Positions 30,061 to 39,278 of a DNA stretch of 58,767 bases are shown here, piece after piece. Source of the stretch: an uncultured Roseibacillus sp. GTDB taxonomy: Bacteria; Verrucomicrobiota; Verrucomicrobiia; Verrucomicrobiales; Akkermansiaceae. The stretch covers positions 1 to 58,767 of the forward strand of contig CAXEFH010000001.1 of assembly GCA_963989605.1 (NCBI GenBank), written 5' to 3'. Positions within the stretch are counted from its first letter, which is position 1, and each line of letters begins with the position of its first letter. Below the pieces are notes generated by a model. The model saw only the letters and a list, made by a program, of their open reading frames with translations. It ran no database searches and was not told the DNA's origin. The position numbers and the translations under genes are program-made.

Positions 30061-30930
30061 CTATTTTTCAGTGAAATATGCACGCTGCTTCTTGGAGATC
30101 TTCATTTCCAGAAAATCCATAATGCTTAACATATCATCCCACACCTTACGTTTCTCAGTTACGGCAGAATCATTGTGAAGAAGATAGGATGGGTGGTAGG
30201 TCACCCGTAGTGGAATGCCTTCAAACTTGTGCCAGCGGCCTCGCATACGGCCGACAGGCTGATTTTGATAATTCAGAAGTCCCTCCGCGGCCGTTCCACC
30301 AAGGGCCACAATGCACCTTGGTGCCACGATCTCGATTTCAGCCCTCACGAAAGGGAGGCAGGCCCGCATCTCATCGGAAGTAGGTTTTCGATTATTGGTT
30401 GTCTGGTTTTTAAGGGCAGGACGGAATTTGCAGATGTTGGAAATATAGACCATCTCACGAGAGATCCCCATGGCCTTAAGAATCTGATCCAGCTTTTGCC
30501 CGGCCTTTCCCACGAATGGTTCGCCCTTCCTCTCTTCCTCGTAGCCCGGGGCCTCACCAACAAGCATCAGGTCAGCAGCTGGATTTCCCGCGGCAAAGAC
30601 CATGGTGTCGCGGAGCGACTGCAGGGAAAGGGCGGGCTCCCAAGTTTCGGCCTGCCTTCTCAGGGACGCAAGTTTCTCGCTGGCGCTGGTGCCTTCCGTA
30701 TTCAACGCCGGCAGAGGCATCTCTGACGGCTCCCTGTCGCGGCCGGAAATCCCTGGTATGTTACGGGTTGGCGCAGGGTCCCTCTCGGGGGAGGTCCGTG
30801 CGGACTTGCGCATTCCTGCGCGAATCCTCTCACGGAGGACCTCCTTGGCTCCCTCATCAAGGCGAATGTAACGTTCGCCCTCGCGCGAAAGCTGCTGAAG
30901 ATATTCAATGAGGGAACGAACTGCCGACAT
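30061..30930 (-). CDS. uracil-DNA glycosylase, family 4-like, with N-terminal extension
   Basis: Motif A GEAPGYEEERKGEPFVGKAGQ and motif B YHPSYLLHN. The start is uncertain: ATG 30930 is chosen, while the ORF is open to 31125. Confidence 0.82.
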   Translation of the reverse strand: MSAVRSLIEYLQQLSREGERYIRLDEGAKEVLRERIRAGMRKSARTSPERDPAPTRNIPGISGRDREPSEMPLPALNTEGTSASEKLASLRRQAETWEPALSLQSLRDTMVFAAGNPAADLMLVGEAPGYEEERKGEPFVGKAGQKLDQILKAMGISREMVYISNICKFRPALKNQTTNNRKPTSDEMRACLPFVRAEIEIVAPRCIVALGGTAAEGLLNYQNQPVGRMRGRWHKFEGIPLRVTYHPSYLLHNDSAVTEKRKVWDDMLSIMDFLEMKISKKQRAYFTEK

Positions 30931-31147
30931 CACCCGAAGCAAGCAGGAAGGGCTGCAGGCACCAAGCCCGAACTCCGGTCGCCTGATCACCGCCATGCGG
31001 TGTTTGAAATGGGCTACCATCGCGCAGGTGTTCCAAAAGCTGAGAGTTTTGTGAATAAAGTGTTGTCCGGGAGCACCTGTTAGACTAAAAAATGCGGCCG
31101 AGCACCGACTTGGTCTTATTGACAATCAACATCCTCTGCCTGTCTTC

Positions 31148-31885
31148 ATGAAAGTTCTGCTCCTCAAAGTGGTACTCGCCATTCTTTCCGCTGCGATCGT
31201 GTCCAGCTGCAGCTTTTTCCAGCCCTCAAGTTCCCAGTCCGGAGTTGTCAGCAGGGCGGCGGAGGAAAAGGGTAATCCCTCAAGGGCGACGTGGCTTTCG
31301 TCGCTCTGGTCGCCCGGAGGAAGTCGTGGCCCGGGTCAGGGAGTTCTGCCAGCTCAGGTTGATCTTGCGGTGAAGGCAGCGGCGTCGACCCTCCCGGTTG
31401 ACCGGCATGGTCGCCCCACCTACCTGAGCGAGTCGGTCCGGCATCGCTATGTTCGCACGACGTCCTACTCCCATCAGGAGAACGAGGTCGGAGCAGAAGG
31501 CCGTCTGAATGCCATGGGCACTGTTCTCAAATATGGCCGGGTCAGGAGTGCGGCGGCTGATTGGTCTCGATACCCGGTGGGGACCGCTTTCAGGATCAAG
31601 GGCCTTCCTCACGTCTATGTCGTAGATGACTATGGCCGCTCTCTTGCAGGCACAAACACTATCGATATTTATCATCCCAACTTGAAGCTGATGAGGGATT
31701 GGGGGACCAGGGATGCGGAGATCAATGTCATTCGCTGGGGTTCGTGGGAGCAGGCGGCCACTCTTCTTCGGGGGCGGACCAAATATGCACATTGTGCGCA
31801 CATGTATTATGCAACCCTCGCCAAGATTCGCAGGCAGAAGGTCGCCCTGCGAGCCCGGAGGGAAGCGGAGAATTCTTCCCTTTGA
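31148..31885 (+). CDS. 3D-domain lipoprotein (MltA/RlpA-like double-psi barrel)
   Basis: Lipobox AAIVSSC. The C-terminal region (TTSYSHQENE...AADWSRYPVGTAFRIKG...YVVDDYG...NTIDIYH) resembles the 3D domain. Confidence 0.65.
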   Translation: MKVLLLKVVLAILSAAIVSSCSFFQPSSSQSGVVSRAAEEKGNPSRATWLSSLWSPGGSRGPGQGVLPAQVDLAVKAAASTLPVDRHGRPTYLSESVRHRYVRTTSYSHQENEVGAEGRLNAMGTVLKYGRVRSAAADWSRYPVGTAFRIKGLPHVYVVDDYGRSLAGTNTIDIYHPNLKLMRDWGTRDAEINVIRWGSWEQAATLLRGRTKYAHCAHMYYATLAKIRRQKVALRARREAENSSL

Positions 31886-31906
31886 TGCAGGTTCTGTCCC
31901 GGTGGC

Positions 31907-32560
31907 ATGACGAGAGCGGAGAGGGCTGAATTTGTTCACAGGCGTCTCGCCGAACTCTATCCCGAGACCCCGGCGCCCCTGAACCACAAGGATACCTTCA
32001 CCCTGCTTGTTGCGGTTCTGTTGTCTGCACAGTGCACGGATGCGCGCGTAAACAAAGTGACCCCGGGCCTATTTGCGCTTGCGGATACTCCGCACCGTAT
32101 GCAGGAAGTTTCCGTTGAGGCAATCAAGTCTGCCATCAGTTCCTGTGGACTTGCGCCCCGGAAGGCAAAAGCGATCTCAGCCCTGTCGAAGATTCTCGTG
32201 GAGAGGCACGGTGGAGAAGTGCCGGATTCGCTGGAGGCCCTCGAGGCTCTCCCGGGAGTTGGCCACAAGACAGCTTCGGTTGTCATCTCACAGGGTTTTG
32301 GTGTTCCTGCGTTTCCAGTAGACACCCACATTCACCGTCTCGCCCAGCGTTGGGGCTTGGCCAGCGGCAAAAACGTCGTGGATACTGAAAAGGCTCTGAA
32401 AGGGCTCTTTCCCCGGGAAAGCTGGAACAGGTTGCACCTCCAAATCATCTTTTACGGCAGAGAGTACTGTAGCGCCCGTGGCTGTGACGGCCGACAGTGT
32501 GAAATCTGCCAGGCTCTGTTTCCCCGCCGCCGCTCTCCTGTCAGCACGAGGAAGGCGTGA
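31907..32560 (+). CDS. nth: endonuclease III
   Basis: HhH-GPD motif (LEALPGVGHKTASVV...VDTHIHR) and a C-terminal four-Cys cluster (CSARGCDGRQCEIC). Confidence 0.92.
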   Translation: MTRAERAEFVHRRLAELYPETPAPLNHKDTFTLLVAVLLSAQCTDARVNKVTPGLFALADTPHRMQEVSVEAIKSAISSCGLAPRKAKAISALSKILVERHGGEVPDSLEALEALPGVGHKTASVVISQGFGVPAFPVDTHIHRLAQRWGLASGKNVVDTEKALKGLFPRESWNRLHLQIIFYGREYCSARGCDGRQCEICQALFPRRRSPVSTRKA

Positions 32561-32802
32561 AGCCCCGGTGCTATTGAAACCCTGAATGGAGTGGTGCTGC
32601 TGGCCGCTCGCTGGTGTGCGGACTCGTTTCGTGAGTAATTTGCCCGGGATGTCAACGGGCGGTGGAGGCCCTCCGGGGGCGGCTCCCCCCGATGGGGAAG
32701 CAAATTTTTCAAAACCAGCCTTTACTCGCACCCATCTCCTTGGAGAATCGCACGCCGCGGTGCCCTCTATCAAAGGCGCTCGCCACGAACCTGGAACCAA
32801 CC

Positions 32803-33591
32803 ATGATCTATAAAACCAAGAAAGGTCTCTTCAGTGCTTTTTCACTAGTGCTCACCACCCTCCTTGTCTCGGCTCCCGGCCTCATGGCGCAGGGAGAAGC
32901 GTCGACAGGTGACAAGAATGCTCTCCAGAAGTGGGTTCTGGATGGAGGATGGCCGATGGGGCTGATCGCCCTTGCGATTATTTCCCTTCTCGCCCTCAGT
33001 GTTTTTAATTTTATCAATCTCACCAAGCCGAAATTCTGCCCGGATGACCTGAAAGCAGCGCTGCTTGATCACATGATGAATTGCCGCGTCCGCTCAGCGA
33101 TTGAACTAGCGGCCTCCCATCCGAGTTACCTTGGCCGCATGCTCGCATACTCCCTGCCGAATATTGATGCGACCAAGCCGGAAGATCTCGGCCGGGATGG
33201 GGTGGAAGACGCGGTAGCGGATTTCACCATCAACGAAAGCCGTAAGAACATGGTCTGGATCAACTACATTGCTCTGATCGCTCAGGCCGCTCCCATGCTT
33301 GGACTGTTCGGAACGGTTTACGGAATGGTCAATGCCTTCGGGGTCCTCAGCTCGACCGGTGCAGCCGAGCCTGCCCAGCTTGCGGGTGATATTCAGATCG
33401 CACTGCTAACGACCTTCTGGGGTCTGCTGACCGCGATCCCCTCCCTGATCTCCTATTTCTACTTCAAGAATAAGATGAATAATCTGGTGGCTGAGGCCCA
33501 CCACACCTCCGAGGAGTTGATCAACGCCTCGATCCAGACCGTGAATCAGGATGCTTATCTTGCCAAGATTCCGGAAGGAATTGCGGTCTAA
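32803..33591 (+). CDS. exbB: MotA/TolQ/ExbB proton-channel protein
   Basis: Signal-like N-terminus from the ATG at 32803. MotA_ExbB core APMLGLFGTVYGMVNAF...IALLTTFWGLLTAIPSL. Confidence 0.88.
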   Translation: MIYKTKKGLFSAFSLVLTTLLVSAPGLMAQGEASTGDKNALQKWVLDGGWPMGLIALAIISLLALSVFNFINLTKPKFCPDDLKAALLDHMMNCRVRSAIELAASHPSYLGRMLAYSLPNIDATKPEDLGRDGVEDAVADFTINESRKNMVWINYIALIAQAAPMLGLFGTVYGMVNAFGVLSSTGAAEPAQLAGDIQIALLTTFWGLLTAIPSLISYFYFKNKMNNLVAEAHHTSEELINASIQTVNQDAYLAKIPEGIAV

Positions 33592-33633
33592 GAGCAGCGA
33601 CCATTTTGTTTCGGCCTCGAATCCGCACTACCC

Positions 33634-34104
33634 ATGTCTTCCACGAAACTGCGCTCGACACAGCAACAGCAGGAAGATGACACCCAGGTGGACATGTCGC
33701 CGATGATCGACATGGTCTTCCTGCTGCTGATTTTCTTCATCGTGAATGCCACCCTGATCATCGTTGAGATGGATAAGAGGGTGCAGGTGCCGATCGCACG
33801 CTACTCCGAAAAGCAGAACGACAAGATGGGGCGCATCGTGGTCAACGTTTACAGCGATGACCATGCAGGAGAGGGGCGCTTCCGAATGGCGGATGGCAAG
33901 GAGGTGTTTGCTGATGACGATGACCTGGTCGACTTTATCAAGAAGCAGAAAGAGAGCTGGGACCTAAAGGGTCAGAAGGCCAGGCTCCACCTCCGCGCTG
34001 ATGGAAAGGTGCACTTCACCTATGTCCGCCGCGTGATTCGCGCTGCTGCGGCGGCAGGAGTCAACGAGGTCATCTTTGTGAGCCTCTGGTCCCGTAGTAG
34101 CTAG
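33634..34104 (+). CDS. exbD: biopolymer transporter ExbD/TolR
   Basis: DMSPMIDMVFLLLIFFIV TM motif with the conserved Asp. 156 aa. Confidence 0.88.
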   Translation: MSSTKLRSTQQQQEDDTQVDMSPMIDMVFLLLIFFIVNATLIIVEMDKRVQVPIARYSEKQNDKMGRIVVNVYSDDHAGEGRFRMADGKEVFADDDDLVDFIKKQKESWDLKGQKARLHLRADGKVHFTYVRRVIRAAAAAGVNEVIFVSLWSRSS

Positions 34105-34126
34105 CCCGGAAAAGGAGAACTGATCA

Positions 34127-34612
34127 ATGGCCAGACATCGTCGAGTCACCAATCTTGAGGAGGATAAGCCTGAGCTTAGCATCTCGCCCCTCATTGATAT
34201 CTGTTTTCTTCTTCTCATCTACTTTCTGGTGACGACCACCATTAAGCAGAAGGAGAGGGACAACAGTCTGGCGCTTCCATCGGCTGCCCCTTCCGAGGCG
34301 CAGCCAGACATTCAGCCCTTTTTTATCAAGGTAAGTAACGATGGGCATATATTTGCCAACGTCGGGGCGGCCCAGGAGCTTCTTGATACCGAGGCACAGG
34401 GGGCAGAGCGTGTTCTTCCCGTTCTGGACCAACGGCTGGAAATTTATGCAGCCGCGGCAAAAGCGGGCAGCAACAAGCCTCTCGTGCAAGTGTATGTTGA
34501 GGGAGAGGCAGAGCAACAAGTGGTCTCGGACGTCCTCAACCATCTTGCCAAGCACGATATTGATACAGTCACCTTTACGGATTTGGTGGCGCAGGACGAG
34601 CAGCTCAAATAG
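34127..34612 (+). CDS. exbD: biopolymer transporter ExbD/TolR (second paralogue)
   Basis: ISPLIDICFLLLIYFLV TM motif. 161 aa. Confidence 0.85.
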   Translation: MARHRRVTNLEEDKPELSISPLIDICFLLLIYFLVTTTIKQKERDNSLALPSAAPSEAQPDIQPFFIKVSNDGHIFANVGAAQELLDTEAQGAERVLPVLDQRLEIYAAAAKAGSNKPLVQVYVEGEAEQQVVSDVLNHLAKHDIDTVTFTDLVAQDEQLK

Positions 34613-34766
34613 GGTATGCTTCTGCCTGTTGGCGGCCTGCACCCGTGATTTTGTGCTGGAGGCCCCAAGGATGATCTAAGAAAATTCGCGGTCGTGCGTT
34701 GGTATTCTTGCCGGGCGTCCCGGTTTCTGAGAATAATTCAACCCAGATTACAAACCCCATTCTGAC

Positions 34767-37766
34767 ATGATTAAATTCACAAAGAACAGGATCCTTTGTG
34801 GCCTTCTGGCCCTCTGTGCCACCCTCTGCCTTCCCGAAAAAGCGCTCGCCCAGGGGGGCGTTGAAGCCGCATGGGCCAATTCGCTGACTGCTATGAAGGC
34901 GAAGGAATGGGCAAAAGCTCATGCAATTCTCGCAAAGGCGGTGGCCCAGTATGACGGGAGAGCGAAGACGCTCTTCGGTCCGAGATTTGGATGGTTCTGG
35001 TATCACAAGGGCTATTGCGAGCTCAAACTCAGGCAATGGGAGGCGGCCATGGAGTCGTTTAAGGCCTGCTATACCAAATACCCCAACAAGAATGCGGGAG
35101 GCGCGGGCTTGGATCCAGCGGCTCAGGGGAGCTTCAATTTCTACCATAAGAAGGCTCTCCTCAAATGGGGAGATGCGGCGATCGGCGCCCAGGATTGGGA
35201 GGTGGCTATCAAGATGTACAAAAAGTTCCTTCAGGAGCGTGATCCTAAGAAGGACGGCTACCAGCGTGGGGCGTTCTACGTCAATATGTCGAAGGCTCAC
35301 TTCAAGCTCTCGCAGGTTCCGGGTGGGATAGAAAATCTCGAAATTGCGATCGATAACAAGGAGACCTTTCCCACTCCGGATGAGGGTATCATGGTAGGGT
35401 TTCAGGACCTCGTGGAGGCGGTGATCGAAAAGCAGGACGAGCAGTCCCTCATGGACTTCCTCGGGAAGCACCGGTCGGATATCCGGCTCGAGCCATTCAA
35501 GATGCATCGGTTCGCGCCGGTGTTGATGAAGCTGGCGGCAGATGCCCTCGCAGCAGAAATGGAGAGGTCTGCCTTTGAGCTGTATGCTCTGGTCCCTAGT
35601 ACGAAGGCCTCGATCGATGACATCAAGGCTCGCCTCGCTCAGGTTGGGACATTTGAAAATCCATTTCAGGATCCACCGCGCAGTAACCGGCAGATCGAGA
35701 AGAAAGTGCTTGAGACGGACCTTGAGGAGCTCAAGAAGCAATGGGCCTCAGGAAATCCTTACGAGGTGATTGCGACTGCGGCCACGGCCTACATTCACGA
35801 GCAGTATGGGAACGTTCGTGGGGCTTTTGCCGCCTATGAGCAACTCGAGCTGTATCACAGCAGGGCGAAAAAGAGGGAAGAGTATCTTTATAATCTTGTT
35901 CGGACGTCAGCAATTATCGGGGAGGTTCTGGTGACGGAGAAGTATGGAAGCCTGTTCCTTAAGACCTTCCCGGATAGCAAGCACGTGGAATCTGTCCGAA
36001 GCATGATGCTGACCAGCCTCTTCATGGAGGGAGAGTATGAAAAGTGCATCGAGGTGGCGACGGTGATGCTACCCAAGCTCGCGTCGCCGTCCAAGCAGCA
36101 TGACATCTGTCTCCACGTTCTGGGGGGAAGTTACTATTACACGGCTCAGTATGATATGGCGCGCAAGTTCCTCGACGAACACGTTGAGATGTATGAAAAG
36201 AGCCAGTTCCGGATGGCGTCTCTTTACTTTCAGGGGTCCAACCTCTCCCGGTTACAATACTGGGGGAAAGCGGCAGAGCTGCTTGATGTGTTTCTCTCTA
36301 AATATCCCGATCCCGGAAAGAACATTTACCTGCCGTTTGCCCTCTACGACCGCGCGAACTGTCACTTTGCGGAAGATGAGCTGGACCCGGCTCTGGTGAA
36401 GTTGAACCGCCTTGAAAGCGAGTTCCCCACCAGTGACATCATGGACATGGCCTTCAACCTCAAGGGCAATGTCCTCCAGACTCAGGAGGAGTGGGATCCC
36501 TCGGAAGAATACTACAAGAAGGCAATGGAACTCGCCAAGCGCCGGGAAAACAACATCGTTGTGGGAGAATCCCTGTTTTATTTGGTAGGGCTTCTCGGTT
36601 CGGAGAAACGGGGAAAGAAAGAGAACCCGCGGGTCAAGGATGCGGTGCCATACTATGACGAATTCTGGAAGGATCATGGATCCGCCTCGCCCTACAAGGC
36701 CCAGACGGCCGTCGCCGGGGTTCATCCCCTGACCGTTGTTGGTCGCGAAGAAGAAGCCTTGGAGCGGTTGCAGGGCGTGATCGCAGAACTTGCGTCAGTT
36801 GCGGGGGCCTATGGACTGGAAGAGGCGATCAACTCCTACACCCGGGCGTATCTGAAAAATCACTCGGAGGATGATCTCAAGGAGCATTATTACAACTTCC
36901 CGGGAATCGATGCGGGTAACAAGGAGGCCCAGGCCCTCCTTCGGATCGCCCTTATCACGGTGTTTGAGGAGAAGGGGAAGAAGGCAGACAAGGAGGAGAA
37001 TGCGAAAGAGAAGCGAGAGGCAGACTCAATGGTGAAAGTTCTGTTCCAGGACCTGAAAAGCGAGTTCCAACCACCTCAACTGACGAATTATGTGCTTGTG
37101 CGCCTTGGTGATTATCTCCGTGAAATGACCAGCACTCCGAGACAGGCTCTCTCTTATTATAACGAGGTGGTCAGGAGGGAAGACCAGTCCTATCGCTTCA
37201 ATGCGAACTTTGGCCTCGCCGATATCCTGGGGGATTCCCAGAGCCCGGCAGAGAAGCAGAAGGCGATTAACAGTCTGGAGCATATTTTCAAGAATGCGCC
37301 TCAGAAGAAACAGAAGGAGAGAGCCCTCTACCGCATTGTCGGTATCCTCGGTGCCAAGAAGGACTGGGATCTGGTCACCACCCGGGCCAAGGAGTATCTG
37401 ACAACGGAAGGATTTCGCCGATACGCAGCGGAGGTCTCGTTCTTGCTGTCGCAGTCCTACGACAAACGCGGAATGCGCGAGGACGCCATTGTTTCCTACA
37501 ACAACACGTGGGCCAGCTACACGGGGCTGATCCGCATATCTGCTCCGTCAATGAAAAGGGTCATGGAGCTGGTCTGGGAGCGAAACAACGGGACTGATCA
37601 CCAGCAGGCCTACGAAATCGGCTACAAGTTCCGGAAATCCACGCAGCACCTCCTCAAGCAGATGAAGGATGATGAAAAGGTCAAGTGGGAGGAAGTGCGC
37701 GAACTCGTGGAGCGCTATGAGGGCCACAGCTCGGTAACCAAGATTATTGAGGAGAAGCCGAAGTAA
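34767..37766 (+). CDS. large secreted tetratricopeptide-repeat protein
   Basis: 999 aa. Signal peptide MIKFTKNRILCGLLALCATLCLPEKALA. All-helical repeat composition with recurring W/Y..A...Y/F..G TPR-like spacing. No catalytic motif seen. Confidence 0.7.
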   Translation: MIKFTKNRILCGLLALCATLCLPEKALAQGGVEAAWANSLTAMKAKEWAKAHAILAKAVAQYDGRAKTLFGPRFGWFWYHKGYCELKLRQWEAAMESFKACYTKYPNKNAGGAGLDPAAQGSFNFYHKKALLKWGDAAIGAQDWEVAIKMYKKFLQERDPKKDGYQRGAFYVNMSKAHFKLSQVPGGIENLEIAIDNKETFPTPDEGIMVGFQDLVEAVIEKQDEQSLMDFLGKHRSDIRLEPFKMHRFAPVLMKLAADALAAEMERSAFELYALVPSTKASIDDIKARLAQVGTFENPFQDPPRSNRQIEKKVLETDLEELKKQWASGNPYEVIATAATAYIHEQYGNVRGAFAAYEQLELYHSRAKKREEYLYNLVRTSAIIGEVLVTEKYGSLFLKTFPDSKHVESVRSMMLTSLFMEGEYEKCIEVATVMLPKLASPSKQHDICLHVLGGSYYYTAQYDMARKFLDEHVEMYEKSQFRMASLYFQGSNLSRLQYWGKAAELLDVFLSKYPDPGKNIYLPFALYDRANCHFAEDELDPALVKLNRLESEFPTSDIMDMAFNLKGNVLQTQEEWDPSEEYYKKAMELAKRRENNIVVGESLFYLVGLLGSEKRGKKENPRVKDAVPYYDEFWKDHGSASPYKAQTAVAGVHPLTVVGREEEALERLQGVIAELASVAGAYGLEEAINSYTRAYLKNHSEDDLKEHYYNFPGIDAGNKEAQALLRIALITVFEEKGKKADKEENAKEKREADSMVKVLFQDLKSEFQPPQLTNYVLVRLGDYLREMTSTPRQALSYYNEVVRREDQSYRFNANFGLADILGDSQSPAEKQKAINSLEHIFKNAPQKKQKERALYRIVGILGAKKDWDLVTTRAKEYLTTEGFRRYAAEVSFLLSQSYDKRGMREDAIVSYNNTWASYTGLIRISAPSMKRVMELVWERNNGTDHQQAYEIGYKFRKSTQHLLKQMKDDEKVKWEEVRELVERYEGHSSVTKIIEEKPK

Positions 37767-37801
37767 GAGGAGAGCCGCCCAAGCACAAACTTAACGAGCA
37801 T

Positions 37802-38764
37802 ATGAAAAGGTTAATTTTCAGTATCACCCTTCTAATCGCTTCCGCGTCAAGGCTCGTCGCAGCCGATGCCATGGGTGTGATTATATACACCGAGCCGGTG
37901 AGTAAGCAGGAGGATGTCCTCAAGGTATGGATGACAGCGGCAAGTACAACCCAGCTCGAGTACAAGACGACTCCGCAAAGCCTCAACAGGACTCGGATCA
38001 AGCGTTCGTCGGTAAACTCGGTGTATTTTTTTGAGCCACCAATTTTCAAGGAGGCCATGGACCTCTACGAGAGCCGGGACTACACAGGAGCGCGGGAGAA
38101 ATTCGCCGAATGTAAGACGGCGTTTGAAGCGCTGGATGAAATCAAGGGAAACTACAGCACGCTCGCCGGATTCTATGAGTTGGAAACCTGCCGCAAGCTG
38201 GAGGACCTGGAAGGGCTAAAAGAGCTTCTGGACGTTTACCAGGCCGACACCCTTGAGCGTGAGCATCAGCGTAATCAGCTAGACGTATATCCTGTCTGGG
38301 ACGCGGTCCGGACGAAAAGCTGGGCTCGCCTTGATGCCCTCGCGACGGAGATTCTCGCCGAGAAAAAGTGGATCGGGGAACATCTGGCGCAATTGAAATA
38401 TTGCCACGGGCTGGCCCTTGAAGGACTGGGACGAGACACGGATGCACTGATTGCCTTTAACGGGGCTTTTACCGCGGACTATACTGCTTCGGAGGACCTG
38501 ACCCAGAAAGCAGCCCTTGCCTGCCTCAGGGTGATCAAGGGGAATGATGAAGTTCGTCTCGCCATTCAGCTCTGGGGTACTGAGGATGAGGATCCCAACG
38601 CTCCAGGGTATTTCCTGCTTCAGGAAGGGGTGGCGATGTGTGACCTCTGGAAGAAGTCGCTTGGAAACGGGAAGCCGCTGCCTGCGGAGTTCTCTTCGCT
38701 GCTTCGTTACCGGGAGAGCAATAAGCCCGCGCCCGAAGTGAAGGCCGGGGATGATGAGTCCTAG
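37802..38764 (+). CDS. secreted helical (TPR-like) protein, hypothetical
   Basis: 320 aa. Signal peptide MKRLIFSITLLIASASRLVAADA. Starts 35 nt downstream of the 999-aa TPR gene on the same strand. Confidence 0.6.
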   Translation: MKRLIFSITLLIASASRLVAADAMGVIIYTEPVSKQEDVLKVWMTAASTTQLEYKTTPQSLNRTRIKRSSVNSVYFFEPPIFKEAMDLYESRDYTGAREKFAECKTAFEALDEIKGNYSTLAGFYELETCRKLEDLEGLKELLDVYQADTLEREHQRNQLDVYPVWDAVRTKSWARLDALATEILAEKKWIGEHLAQLKYCHGLALEGLGRDTDALIAFNGAFTADYTASEDLTQKAALACLRVIKGNDEVRLAIQLWGTEDEDPNAPGYFLLQEGVAMCDLWKKSLGNGKPLPAEFSSLLRYRESNKPAPEVKAGDDES

Positions 38765-38831
38765 AGGCCCAGATCTGCGCGTTGAGCCGGCGAGGGAATC
38801 CTATTCCACGGAAAGTAAGAGGGTGCTGTTT

Positions 38832-39200
38832 TCAGCCTGTTGATTCCGCGTTGCGCCCTTCCTCAATTAGGCGCCAGAACTGCTTGGACTGGGCCAGTTC
38901 CTCGTCCTCTGCCCCGAAAGAGAGTTTTGAACGGAAGAGGAAGTCCTGAAAGGTATTCTTGTGCAGGACGCGGTGAACCTTGACGTGATCGTCAAGGACC
39001 TCGAAGTAGAATCTCCATTCGTTTGCTCGAAAGCGGAAGAGAACTTTTCCGTCCCTGTCAATTCTCCCAAAGCGCTCATCCTCGAGGTCTTCCAGATCCT
39101 CCTCCTTGACCTTGAATTCTTCAAGGAGCTCGAGTTGTTCCAGCGTGCCGAGTTGAGAGATCTCAGCAGCGCTAATCTCATTAAAGACGATCTGAAGCAC
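38832..39200 (-). CDS. RelE/ParE-fold toxin-like protein with C-terminal extension
   Basis: GTG start. The pattern IVFNEISAAEISQL...LFRFRANEWRFYFEVLDDHVKVHRVLHKN matches the RelE/ParE layout (helical hairpin, then yRlRvGdyRiiYei..d.v.v..v.hR), followed by ~35 extra residues. Confidence 0.5.
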   Translation of the reverse strand: MLQIVFNEISAAEISQLGTLEQLELLEEFKVKEEDLEDLEDERFGRIDRDGKVLFRFRANEWRFYFEVLDDHVKVHRVLHKNTFQDFLFRSKLSFGAEDEELAQSKQFWRLIEEGRNAESTG

Positions 39201-39278
39201 AACCGACCCTACACCCAGGGAGCGCGGAGGTAACGGAAAATAGCAAGTGGTCTTCTGTGGTGACTGGGGCTTTTCTTC

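Noticed and set aside
34605-35741. 378-aa ORF on the minus strand inside the 999-aa TPR gene
   Set aside because: It is fully antisense to a gene with a clear signal peptide and repeat structure. Its translation is Leu/Arg-rich without motifs, which is typical of a shadow ORF in GC-rich DNA.
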